NCBI GenBank assembly: GCA_965225945.1
Contig: CBDDBZ010000029.1
Span: forward strand, 1 to 64,000
Direction of reading: 5' to 3'
Length of the DNA: 64,000 bases
DNA from: Alphaproteobacteria bacterium
GTDB taxonomy: Bacteria; Pseudomonadota; Alphaproteobacteria; GCA-2731375
The position numbers and the translations under genes were made by a program. Positions 32,207-42,065 of the stretch are shown here, in pieces (position 1 is the first letter of the stretch; the number at the start of each line of letters is the position of its first letter). Below the pieces are notes generated by a model. The model was not told the DNA's origin. It worked only from the letters and a program-made list of their open reading frames with translations, and did no database searches.

Positions 32207-33190
32207 ATGAACGCCTTTCGCCGCATCGCCACCGCGCGGCCGATCGCCACCGCCACGGCCTCGATTGCGCTCGCGTCGGTCTGCTTCGCCTTGGTGCCGC
32301 TGTTCGCCCGCATTCTGTTGGCCGATGGCGTCTCGGCGGAGGCGATCGGGCTCTATCGCGCCAGCTTCGCCCTCTGCTCCGCCGTCGGCATTGATCATGC
32401 TGCCTTTCCTGCCGCGCCGGCGCCACAAGCTCGCCACCGCGCCCGAACCGCGGCCTGATTGCGCTCGCGTCGGTCTGCTTCGCCTTGGTGCTCGCCCGAT
32501 CGGCGTCCGGCGGAGGCTCGCCATGGCTGCGGCATTGATCATGGCTGCGATCTGAGCTATCGGCGCCGGCCTATGGGCCTCGGGGGCGATCGAGCGGGCG
32601 CCGGTGGCGACGGCGGGGGTGATCTACATGTCCTACCCGCTGTTCACCGTCGTGTTGGCAAAGCTGTGGCTCGGCCAGCCGATGACCGGGCGCGGCGTGA
32701 TCGCGGGGCTGCTGGTGGTGGCGGCGGCCGCGGTCGCGCTCTCGCCCGGCGCGGTTCCGGCGGACGCGTTGTTGCCGCTGCTCATGAGCCTGCCGGCGCC
32801 GATCTGCTTCGCCGTCATCATCGTCGTGCTGAGCGCCCTGGTGCCGGCCTTGAGCGTGCCCGAGCGGCTGGCTTGCGGGATGTTGGGGGCGGTCATGGGC
32901 CTGCTGCCGGTAAAGCTCGCAGGCGACCTCGACCGGGCGGTTCCCTCGAGCGGCGATGGTTGGCTGGCGATCCTCGCGATGGCGGGGCTGACGGCGACGC
33001 TGCCGCAGCTCCTCTATACCTTCGCGGCGCCGCTAGCCGGCGCCGGACGAGCGGCGATGACGGGTTCGGTCGAGCTTCCGACCATGTTCGTGATCGGCTG
33101 GCTCGCCTTCGGCGAGACCCTGGGGAGCGCGCAACTCGTGGCCGGTGCCTTGGTTCTGCTGGCGATCGCGCTGGCGCCTAGCCGGCGCCG
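32207..33190 (+). pseudogene. EamA/DMT-family transporter, disrupted
   Basis: Hydrophobic EamA-like N-terminus from 32207 and C-terminal half in ORF 32604..33383 (IYMSYPLFTV, ELPTMFVIGWLAFGE), separated by a scrambled, frameshifted segment; divergent from lysR. Confidence 0.75.
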
Positions 33191-33526
33191 TCTCTCGCCG
33201 GCCGCGCGATCGAGGAGCGCGACGATGCTGCCGAGGCCCCTCCGCCCTCGGGCGACAGGGTGCCGCGAACGCCCTGAGCGTCCGGCTCGAAAGTCGCCGA
33301 AGGCGACTTTTCGCTCGGAGACCGAAGTCGGGGCAGCCCGATTAACCGTCGTTCAAGGCCGGGAGGCTCCGGCGATCGGTTGAGCGCGATCGCCTTTCCC
33401 GCGCACCCGCCCACGCACCCGCGACTCCGCGCCCCGCCGTCGCTCGGCGCGGCGATCATGGCGACAACGCAAACAGTTATGATAGGCTCGCCGATACGCT
33501 GTTCGCGCTTTTTCGCAGGGTAGGCC

Positions 33527-34645
33527 ATGGCCGAGGATCCACTTCTGTTCGCGCCGCTCGAGATCCGCGGCCTGACGCTGGCCAATCGTATCGTCGTCGG
33601 GCCGATGGCGACCTATATGGCGGTTGCCGGCATGGTCGGCGACTGGCACTTGGCCCATCTCAGCCGCTTCGCCGGCGGCGGCTCCGCCCTCATCTTCCTC
33701 GAGGCGGCGGCGATCTCGCGCCAGGCCCGCATGATCCAGGGCGCGGTCGGCATCTGGCAGGAAGAGCAAGTGGGCGCGCTCCGCCGGATGACCGAGTTCC
33801 TGCACCAGCAGGGTGTCGCGGCGGGCCTCCAGCTCGCCTACCGCGGCGGCGAAATGCTCAATCACCGGCCCTGGGACGAGATCGATGACGGTGATGATCC
33901 GCTGGTCGCCAACGCCCGCCTTTGGGACATGGACTCGACAGTGGTCGAGGTGCCGGCCGATCCGCTGGCGCACGAGTTCGCCCGCGAGACGCTGGACGAA
34001 CTGCTCGATCTTTTCGAACAGGCGACCCGGCGCGCCGCCGAGGCCGGCTTCGATGTCTTGGAGATCCACGGCGGGCGAGGCTCGATTCTGCATGCCTTCC
34101 TCTCGCCGACGGACAACCGGCGGGGCGACGAGTACGGCGGCACTCTCGAAACGCGGATCGGCTTTCCGCTCGATGTCGTGGGCAGTGTCCGTGCCGCCTG
34201 GCCCGAGGAGCGGCCGCTGTTCTACCGAATGGCGCCAGTCGACAGCTCGCGGGTCGGCTGGCGAATGGCCGACACGGTGACCTTCGCGGACCGGCTTCGC
34301 CGCGCTGGCGTCGACGTGGTCGACCTGGCCTCCGGCGCGACGCCGCTGGCCGATGATACCGGCGTGCTGTCGGACGGCGTTCAAGCCGGCACGGCGCGCG
34401 CGCTTCGTGGCGAGGCCGGGATCCTGGCCATGGTGGGCGGTGGCCTCGAGGGCCATGTCTCGGCCGAGGACGCGCTCTCGGGCGGGGTCGGCGACCTGGT
34501 GGCGCTGGTTCGCGCGACCGTCTGGAATCCCAACTGGCCGTTGCATGCCGCCGACGTACTCGGTATCGACCCCGAGAAAGCCGCCTGGCAGCCGCCTTAC
34601 GGCTGGGCGCTCCGCGCGCCCGCGTCCGAGGCATTGCAAGAGTAA
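33527..34645 (+). CDS. NADH:flavin oxidoreductase (Old Yellow Enzyme, YqjM-like) with atypical active site
   Basis: LFAPLEIRGLTLANRIVV, AGFDVLEIH, FLSP.DNRRGDEYGG, NPNWPLHAA. Confidence 0.88.
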   Translation: MAEDPLLFAPLEIRGLTLANRIVVGPMATYMAVAGMVGDWHLAHLSRFAGGGSALIFLEAAAISRQARMIQGAVGIWQEEQVGALRRMTEFLHQQGVAAGLQLAYRGGEMLNHRPWDEIDDGDDPLVANARLWDMDSTVVEVPADPLAHEFARETLDELLDLFEQATRRAAEAGFDVLEIHGGRGSILHAFLSPTDNRRGDEYGGTLETRIGFPLDVVGSVRAAWPEERPLFYRMAPVDSSRVGWRMADTVTFADRLRRAGVDVVDLASGATPLADDTGVLSDGVQAGTARALRGEAGILAMVGGGLEGHVSAEDALSGGVGDLVALVRATVWNPNWPLHAADVLGIDPEKAAWQPPYGWALRAPASEALQE

Positions 34646-34740
34646 CCGAGGGATGCGCCGTCGGGCGCCGCTTGCCGGTCGAGGCCGGCCGCGACTACAG
34701 TCCGATGTTATGCGCGCCCCGGCCTGGGAGGACGAGCTAC

Positions 34741-34836
34741 GTGGTGTCAACGGCTAGCTGGGCGCGCGCCGCCGCGCCCGTCGATACCTCGCCGTCGCTC
34801 TCCGACGAGGTCAATTACACGACCTGCTACATGTGC
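34741..34836 (+). pseudogene. N-terminal stub of a molybdopterin oxidoreductase, SoeA-like
   Basis: GGAGG RBS then GTG; DTSPSLSDEVNYTTCYMC, breaking off inside the first 4Fe-4S motif. Confidence 0.65.
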
Positions 34837-34950
34837 CCGCCGGCGGCGCGACCAGCATCTGGCGGCCGCATGCGGTGGGTGGGGGCGGGGGCTTTCGGAG
34901 CAGCCATGCCATCGTATCGTGCTCTAACTGGCTAACATTGGGGTAATTTA

Positions 34951-35709
34951 ATGTTCACCAGCAATCCCTTCGCCGAGCTTTCGGCGTTCATACCACCCAC
35001 CGTCATGCAGACGTACATCGTCGTCATGATACTCATGGTTGCGGGTGGCACGCTGTTCGACATGATTCACAAGAAGAGCGCCACGTATTTCTTCCGCGCG
35101 TGGCGGAATTCGAAGGGAAAAGCGACGCGGCAGCTCGGCGGCGGCGAGATGACGTCCTTGGCAATCCGGACCGCCGTGGTGGAGGTCCTGACGTCCGGCG
35201 AGTTCTGCAAGGTGAGGCGCAGGATCGCGCACCTCCTGACGTTTTACGGCTTCCTGGCGTACATCATCACAACCGTCATCATGGTGTTCTCGTACCCAAC
35301 TCCCGACACGCCCGCGCCCGCCATCCTGCCGGCGCTGTGGAACATCGGGGCCCTGATGATCCTCGTCGGCGGCTACTGGTTCTGGTTCTTCCTCAGGGTC
35401 GACGTCGCCTACGAGGGCCATTCACCGTTCCGCCTGGTGCGCGCCGACCTGTTCGTCGTCTCGCTTCTGGTGAGCGTGACGCTGGGCCTGGTATGGGAGT
35501 TCGTGCAGGCGACGGGCAACACGGTGGGGACAAACCTGTTCCTGGCTCTGTACCTCCTCTCCACGACGGTGCTCTTCGTGTCGGTTCCGTGGTCCAAGTT
35601 CTCTCATATGTTCTACAAGCCCGCGGCGGCCTTCCAGAAAAGGGTGGAGGAGGCGAACGGTTCGAGCGACCTGCCGGCCCCCGCCGAAAGCCCCAGAGGA
35701 GAAATGTAA
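34951..35709 (+). CDS. aprM: APS reductase membrane anchor AprM
   Basis: NPFAELS, HKKSA.YFF, RRIAHLL, VPWSKFSHMFYKPAAA; precedes aprBA. Confidence 0.9.
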   Translation: MFTSNPFAELSAFIPPTVMQTYIVVMILMVAGGTLFDMIHKKSATYFFRAWRNSKGKATRQLGGGEMTSLAIRTAVVEVLTSGEFCKVRRRIAHLLTFYGFLAYIITTVIMVFSYPTPDTPAPAILPALWNIGALMILVGGYWFWFFLRVDVAYEGHSPFRLVRADLFVVSLLVSVTLGLVWEFVQATGNTVGTNLFLALYLLSTTVLFVSVPWSKFSHMFYKPAAAFQKRVEEANGSSDLPAPAESPRGEM

Positions 35710-35713
35710 TCTC

Positions 35714-36160
35714 ATGCCTACTTTCGTTTATATGTCGCGTTGCGACGGCTGCGGAGAGTGCGTGGATATCTGCCCGTCCGACATCATGCACATCGACCCC
35801 GTCTACCGACGTGCCTACAACATCGAGCCCAATATGTGCTGGGAGTGCTACTCGTGCGTGAAGGCCTGTCCGCAGCATGCGATAGACGTGCGCGGCTACG
35901 CCGACTTCGCCCCCCTGGGCCACAGCGTCCGGGTGCGCAGGGAGGAGGAGAAGAGAACCATCTCCTGGAAGATCAAGTTCCGGGACGGGCGCGAGAAGAA
36001 CTTCGTTTCCCCGATCAGGACCACGCCCTGGGGTTCGATCAAGTCACCGTCCGATTTCGAGGCGCCCAGCCCGGATGCCCTGAAGACCCAGGAACTCGCG
36101 CACGAACCCGAGGCACTCCACATCGAGGCGCTGCCCGCGCTGCCTCCCAGGGAAGACTAG
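35714..36160 (+). CDS. aprB: Adenylylsulfate reductase beta subunit
   Basis: MPTFVYMSRCDGCGECVDICPSDIMH...CWECYSCVKACP. Confidence 0.97.
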   Translation: MPTFVYMSRCDGCGECVDICPSDIMHIDPVYRRAYNIEPNMCWECYSCVKACPQHAIDVRGYADFAPLGHSVRVRREEEKRTISWKIKFRDGREKNFVSPIRTTPWGSIKSPSDFEAPSPDALKTQELAHEPEALHIEALPALPPRED

Positions 36161-36174
36161 GAAAGATTGCAGGT

Positions 36175-38019
36175 ATGGGTCTGTTCACATCCAGAAAAAC
36201 GGTGTTCGTGGATTCGGATATCCTCGTCATCGGCGGTGGCTTTGGCGGCTGCGGGGCCGCGTATGAATCCAGGTACTGGGGGCGCAACCTAAAGGTTGTC
36301 GTCGTCGAGAAGGCGAACATCGAGCGCAGCGGCGCCGTCGCTCAGGGCCTGTATGCGATCAACTGCTACATGGGCATGCAGTGGGACGAGAACCAGCCCG
36401 AGGACCATGTCCGCTACGCCCGGAACGACCTCATGGGTCTCGTGCGGGAGGATCTGGGCTACGACATCGCGCGCCATGTCGACTCCACGGTGCACATGTT
36501 CGAGGAGTGGGGCCTTCCCATTATGAAGGACGAGAAAACCGGAAGGTACCTGCGCGAGGGCAAATGGCAGATCATGATCCACGGCGAGAGCTACAAGCCG
36601 ATCATCGCCGAGGCCGCCCGCAAGGCCGCCACCGAGGTCTACAACCGGATCATGGTGACCCACCTGCTGATGGATGAGACGCGGCCCAACAGGGTCGCCG
36701 GGGCCGTCGGCTTCAGCGTCCGTGACGGGAATTTTTACGTATTCCGGGCCAAGGCGGTCATCGTCTCCGCCGGCGGCGCGTCGCACATCTTCAAGCCCCA
36801 CTCGGTCGGCGAGGGCATGGGGCGGACCTGGTACGCCCCGTGGAGCAGCGCCTCCGCCTACGCGCTGCCGATCCAAGTCGGCGCCAAGATGACGCAGATG
36901 GAGAACCGGATCGTCCTCACCAGATTCAAGGACGGCTATGGTCCGGTCGGCGCCTACTTCCTGCATCTCAAGACTTACACCGAAAACGCGTATGGGGATA
37001 ATTACGAGGCCACCTGGTACGACTCGATCAAGGAAATGGTCGGGGATTACGTCGATAAGGAGCCGGTGCCGACCTGCTTGCGGAACCACGCCTTTCTGGA
37101 GGAGATCAAGGCCGGCAGAGGCCCCATCCGCATGGTGACGAAGGAGGCCTTCGCCGATCCGCACAAAGAGACGGTCGGCTGGGAGAACTTCCTCGGCATG
37201 ACGATCGGGCAGGCGGTCGTGTGGGCGTCGCAGAACATCGATCCCAAGGAAACCAACCCCGAGCTGATCATGTCCGAGCCTTACGTCATGGGCTCCCACG
37301 CCACGTGTTCAGGCGCCTGGGCGAGCGGTCCGGAGGACTACGCGCCCTCGGACTACCAGTGGGGATACAACCGGATGATGACCGTCGAGGGACTCTTCGG
37401 CGCCGGCGACGCCATCGGCGGCAGCGCCCACAAGTTCTCGTCGGGATCCTTCACGGAAGGCCGGATCGCCGGCAAGGCGGCGGTCAGGTACGTCGAGGAC
37501 CTGGGTAGCGACCAGCCTCGGCTCGATGAGACAGAGTACGAAGCTCTCAAGGTGATGGTTTACCAGCCCATGGAGAACTACGAGGTCGGCCGCAACGAGA
37601 TCGTCGCCGGGACCGTTTCGCCGAGCTATCTCTTGCCGCTTCATGGTCTTCAGCGGCTCGAGAAGATCATGGACGAATACGTCGGCGGCACCAGCACCAA
37701 CTACTTGACCAACGAACCGATGCTCACCCGCGGGCTGGAGTTGCTGGGCATGTTGAAGGAAGACCTCGACCATATCGGGGCCGACAGCCTGCACGAGCTC
37801 ATGAGGGCGTGGGAGCTTCAGCACCGGGTCTTGGCCTCGGAGTGTGTGACGCAGCACACGTTGTTCAGGGAGGAAACGCGGTGGCCGGGGTATTATTATC
37901 GGGCCGATCATCCGAGGCTGGATGACACCGATTGGCATTGCTTCACCTTATCTCGCTACCATCCGCAATCCGGGGAATGGGCAATGGAGAAGGCCCCCGT
38001 ACACCACATTATCGACTAA
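36175..38019 (+). CDS. aprA: Adenylylsulfate reductase alpha subunit
   Basis: [53 protein letters not shown]; ATG at 36175. Confidence 0.98.
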   Translation: MGLFTSRKTVFVDSDILVIGGGFGGCGAAYESRYWGRNLKVVVVEKANIERSGAVAQGLYAINCYMGMQWDENQPEDHVRYARNDLMGLVREDLGYDIARHVDSTVHMFEEWGLPIMKDEKTGRYLREGKWQIMIHGESYKPIIAEAARKAATEVYNRIMVTHLLMDETRPNRVAGAVGFSVRDGNFYVFRAKAVIVSAGGASHIFKPHSVGEGMGRTWYAPWSSASAYALPIQVGAKMTQMENRIVLTRFKDGYGPVGAYFLHLKTYTENAYGDNYEATWYDSIKEMVGDYVDKEPVPTCLRNHAFLEEIKAGRGPIRMVTKEAFADPHKETVGWENFLGMTIGQAVVWASQNIDPKETNPELIMSEPYVMGSHATCSGAWASGPEDYAPSDYQWGYNRMMTVEGLFGAGDAIGGSAHKFSSGSFTEGRIAGKAAVRYVEDLGSDQPRLDETEYEALKVMVYQPMENYEVGRNEIVAGTVSPSYLLPLHGLQRLEKIMDEYVGGTSTNYLTNEPMLTRGLELLGMLKEDLDHIGADSLHELMRAWELQHRVLASECVTQHTLFREETRWPGYYYRADHPRLDDTDWHCFTLSRYHPQSGEWAMEKAPVHHIID

Positions 38020-38144
38020 ACGGAGTCCCTCATCTCGCCCTGCCCGCTCGGTGCTCGTCGGCGCGGGCCGCCCGGGTGGCCGCCGCGAGGCCCGATGTCG
38101 TGGCCTTCGAGAAGCGCCAGCCTTTGGAGAGAGGCGACAAGTCG

Positions 38145-39308
38145 ATGCTCGCACCGCCACACGGAAACGGCCGGCTCAATCCGCTGCTCGCGCCCGAGGC
38201 CGAGCGCGCGGGCGCATGCAAGCGCGCCGAGCGGTTGCGGAAAGTGCCGCTGTCGAGCCGCGAGGTCTCGGACCTGCTGATGCTGGCGATGGGAGCCTAT
38301 ACGCCGCTCACCGGATTCATGGGCGAGGCGGACTGGCGCGGCTGTTGTCTCGACATGAAGACCGCGGACGGCCTGTTCTGGCCGATCCCGATCACGCTTT
38401 CGTGCGAGAGCGACCTCGCCGGCGGCATCGGCCTCGGCGAGGAGGTGGCCCTGGTCGATGGGGCCGGCGCGATCTTCGGGGCCCTCGAGGTGGTGGAGAA
38501 ATACGCGATAGACCGGGCGTTCGAATGCTCCCACGTCTACCGCACCACCGACGCAGCGCACCCCGGGGTCGAGAAGGTGATGCGGCAGGGCGCGGTCAAC
38601 CTGGCCGGGCCGGTGACCGCGCTGAACGAGGGCCACTACCCGCAAACCTACCCCGGCCTCTATTATCGCCCGGCCGACACCCGGGCGCTGTTCCGGGACC
38701 TGGGCTGGACCACCGTCGCCGCCTTCCAGACCCGCAATCCCATGCACCGCAGCCACGAATACCTGGCCAAGATCGCCGTCGAGATTTGCGACGGGCTGCT
38801 GATCCATCAGGTCCTCGGCGCGCTCAAGGCGAGCGACATCCCGGCCGAGGTCCGGGTCGCGGCGATCGATGCCCTGGTCGCGAACTATTTCGTGCCCGGC
38901 ACCGTGATACAGGGCGGATACCCGATCGAAATGCGTTACGCCGGCCCGCGCGAGGCCCTGCTGCACGCGGTATTCCGGCAGAACTTCGGCTGCTCGCATC
39001 TGGTGATCGGGCGCGACCACGCCGGGCTCGGCGACTACTACGGACCGCTCGACGCCCATCACATCTTCGATCAAATCGAGGCGGGCAGCATTGCAATCCA
39101 GCCGCTGAAGATCGACATCACGTTTCACTGCTACAAGTGCGACGGCATGGCGACGGGCCGCACCTGTCCGCACGGCGAGGAGGACCGGCTCGCCATCTCG
39201 GGCACCCGGCTGCGCGAGATGTTCGCCAACGGGGAGCCGATACCCAAGGAGTTCAGCCGGCCCGAAGTGCTCGATGTGCTGCGGGCGTACTACGACGATG
39301 TGAAGTGA
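38145..39308 (+). CDS. sat: Sulfate adenylyltransferase (ATP sulfurylase)
   Basis: [28 protein letters not shown]. Confidence 0.97.
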   Translation: MLAPPHGNGRLNPLLAPEAERAGACKRAERLRKVPLSSREVSDLLMLAMGAYTPLTGFMGEADWRGCCLDMKTADGLFWPIPITLSCESDLAGGIGLGEEVALVDGAGAIFGALEVVEKYAIDRAFECSHVYRTTDAAHPGVEKVMRQGAVNLAGPVTALNEGHYPQTYPGLYYRPADTRALFRDLGWTTVAAFQTRNPMHRSHEYLAKIAVEICDGLLIHQVLGALKASDIPAEVRVAAIDALVANYFVPGTVIQGGYPIEMRYAGPREALLHAVFRQNFGCSHLVIGRDHAGLGDYYGPLDAHHIFDQIEAGSIAIQPLKIDITFHCYKCDGMATGRTCPHGEEDRLAISGTRLREMFANGEPIPKEFSRPEVLDVLRAYYDDVK

Positions 39309-39694
39309 AATCGTCGTGCTGAAAGCACAGGCGGATCGCCCCGGTCCGCGATGGCCGCGCGGCGTGAATAACTGGCTTGCCCACGCCAGACTCGGGGCGC
39401 TCGCTTCGACCAGCCAGTTAGCCACAACTCCTACACCAGGTCCTGGAACGTGAGCGAGCATCACGGCCAACTCCCGATTTAGGCTGAACGGTTGCTCCCC
39501 GGCTCCGGCCCTCCGAATCGGTCTGGTCGTGGTCTCCAAGGCGTTATTCTCCCTCCGGCGCCACCGGCCACGAGATCTCGGGGGCGGTCGCGGACCCGAA
39601 GATCGCGACCTGCCCCCGTTCGTCTTTTTCGCTTATGGAGTGTGTCGAGGGAGCTCTCCGGCGGCGAAATGAGCATTAATGAGGCATTCATTTT

Positions 39695-40718
39695 GGCTCA
39701 ATTCGTGAATTGTATGCGTCACCTTGTTACGGCGGCGGCGAGGCAGGCTCGGTCATTGGCGCCGGGGGCGAGGCCGACGAGGTGGAACCAGCTCAGGTAG
39801 TTGTCCAGATAGCGGGTGGCGATGCCGCGGCGGGGACGCAGGAAGTCCTTCAACCGGCTGTGGCGGCTGTTCACCGTCTGCACATGCAGATCGCCCCGAA
39901 CCCGTTCCCCCATCGAGCGGTTGAGTGCTTCGTGGCTCACCCCGAGCGCGGCGGCGCACGGTGGGCAGCTCGCGCCGCCGTCGGAGACCAGCAGGGCGTC
40001 CTTCGCGACCACCGGGTCGAGGGCAGCCGTGAGCGCCGCCGCATCGACCCTGGGCAGCACCGCGCTGACCGTCGTTCCGCTCCGGTCCGCCGCCATGAGA
40101 ACCGGTACCTGCTCGCGCGAGAGGCCGCGCTGCTTCGGCTTGCCGCCCCGCCGCCGTGCCTTGCGCCCCAGCCCGCGCGCGCCCTTCCGGCTCTCCAGGA
40201 CGTAGGTCTCGTCCGCTTCCACGATCCCCTTGAGCACCTCCGAATCGCTTCGCGCCGCCGCCAGAAACCGGTGACGCCAGCGGAACGCCGTGCTCACCGC
40301 CACGTCGCAGCGCGCCGCCGCGCCTTCACCGTCTCCCCCTTCGCCAGCGACGCCCCGAACGACAGCCAGCGTTCCTTGTGGTGCAAGCCCGACAGCGGCG
40401 TACCGCTCAGCGCGTTGAAGGTCCTGCCGCAGCCCTTGCACTGGTAGCGCCGCAGACCCCGCGCCATACCGCGCGAAACCGCCCCTTCGCTCGCGCAGTG
40501 CGGACAGCGCCGGGCCTCGTCCACACCAAGCTCGATCGCGGCCTTCGATGCCTCGCCCTCGCTCCGGCCCGACAGCACCGCGAGCGCCTCGCGCCGCTGC
40601 GCGCGCGTCAGCCCGCGCGCCGCCGAAAGCCACACCTGGAAACCCTTGCCGTCCATAACCCAACCTCCTGACGTTCCAGGCACTCTATCACTAATGCATA
40701 CAATTCACGAATTGAGCC
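39695..40718 (-). mobile_element. IS1595-family element (ISPna2-like ends); transposase 40656..39719 has a 1-nt frameshift
   Basis: 23-bp perfect TIR GGCTCAATTCGTGAATTGTATGC; 8-bp DR TTCATTTT; Zn ribbon CPHC...CKGC, VEADETY, LVSDG, GIATRYLDNYL. Confidence 0.93.
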
Positions 40719-41004
40719 TTCATTTTCGCTCGAAAATGAATGGTTTTGCTTGGCTCGGGGCATAAATGGCGTTCTCGGCGGAGGGTTTCCCGCGCCGCCG
40801 GGAGGGCCGGTCTCGTCGTCATTTAGGGCCAGGCATGTTTGGGGTCACATGTTTGGAGTCAGGTCTTGCATCTTGCATTGGCCTGTCGTGGGTAGCGCGG
40901 CGATCCGCGGCGGCCTCCGCGAGGCGGCGCGGAGTTCGGAAGTTCCGCCGACGGGCCGCCGGATCGTGGCGAGGAGTTCCGCGGCGGCCTCCGTCGGGAG
41001 AAAA

Positions 41005-42065
41005 GGGGTCATTCTGCTTTTGTTCCGCTCCAGCGAATAAAGTAGAACCTGACTACGCATCAACCTCAGCTAATTTGAGGAGCCGATATGGCATGGGGGG
41101 CGTGCGCAGGGCGTCGCGTCCGAGGGCCTCGATCATGTCGGCGAGCCGGTAGCGGCGGTTATATCGGTATTGGAACGCCGCCAGGTAGCGCGGAACGTGT
41201 TTGGGCCGGATCGCATGGTAGGTGCCACGCAGGGTGTTCTTGAGATTGCCGAGGGTGGTGTTGACCCATTTGAAGGCCGGCACGGCGACGGCCCCTGGTC
41301 CGGAGCCGGTGGGTATCGGATGGTGGGCGCAGCCTTGCGCGGTGACCGCGGTGAAGCAGTTGAGCCCGTCGCTGAAGACGCTCGTCCCGGGGCTCAGGTC
41401 GCGCTTGGCCATCTTGGCGATTTCGGCCTTGCGGAAGCCCTTGACGCGGCGCAGCTTGATGCGCACGGGCTGGCCCTCCGCCGTGGCTCGGCGGCGATAA
41501 ATGGCGTCTTGCCCGGCGCGCCCCGGCCGCGCTTGGCCCCGGAACGCCGGCCGCCGAGGTAGGCGTCGTCCATCTCCACCCGCCCGGTGAGCGGCAATTT
41601 GGCGTCGCGCGAGCATGGGCATCAGTTTCTGCTTGATCTTCCAGGCCGTGGTCTGGGTGAGCCGAGCCGTCGGCCGATTGTTCGATGGAGGAGATCCCCT
41701 TCTTCGATTGGGTCATGTGATAGATCGCCGAAAACCACAGGGTCAGCGCCAGCTTGGTCGCGTGGAAGAGCGTGCCGGCGGTCAGCGAGACTTGATGACG
41801 GCAGGCGGCGCATTGGTAGAGTTTTCGCCCGGCGATCTCGCAATGGCGCGTGGCACCGCATCGGGGGCAGGAGAAGCCCTCCGGCCAACGCCAGCGGAAC
41901 GGCCTCGCGGCCTGCTCCTCGGTGCCGTACATTTCACGGAAACGCGGCTCGCTGAGTCACCTTGTTGCGTGCATTGTGAACCTCCAGAAAAACCACCAAA
42001 TATTCACGATTTGTACCACATCAATCCGGCTGAGTAAGGTGCGTAATCAGGAAGTAGAATGACCC
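41005..42065. repeat. REP-like hairpin split by IS1595 (arms 41005-41047 and 42052-42065)
   Basis: Removing the IS gives GGGTCATTCTGCTTTTGTTC-N9-GAATAAAAGTAGAATGACCC. Confidence 0.8.
41048..42051 (-). mobile_element. IS1595-family element (CCTGATT-type ends) with multiply frameshifted transposase
   Basis: Ends CCTGA(C/T)TACGCA; 8-bp DR AAGTAGAA; RWPEGFSCPRC, VEMDDAYLGG, FKWVNTTLGNLK in different frames. Confidence 0.92.

Noticed and set aside
33270-33330. Short hairpin GAAAGTCGCC-GAA-GGCGACTTT with partial similarity to 30115-30143
   Set aside because: Too short to define a repeat family by eye; may be a terminator or decayed repeat.
39540-39630. CCCTCCGGCGCCACC as a tRNA 3' end or att site, followed by a GC-rich hairpin
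   Set aside because: No T-loop GTTCGA or cloverleaf upstream; the hairpin may be a terminator but support is weak.
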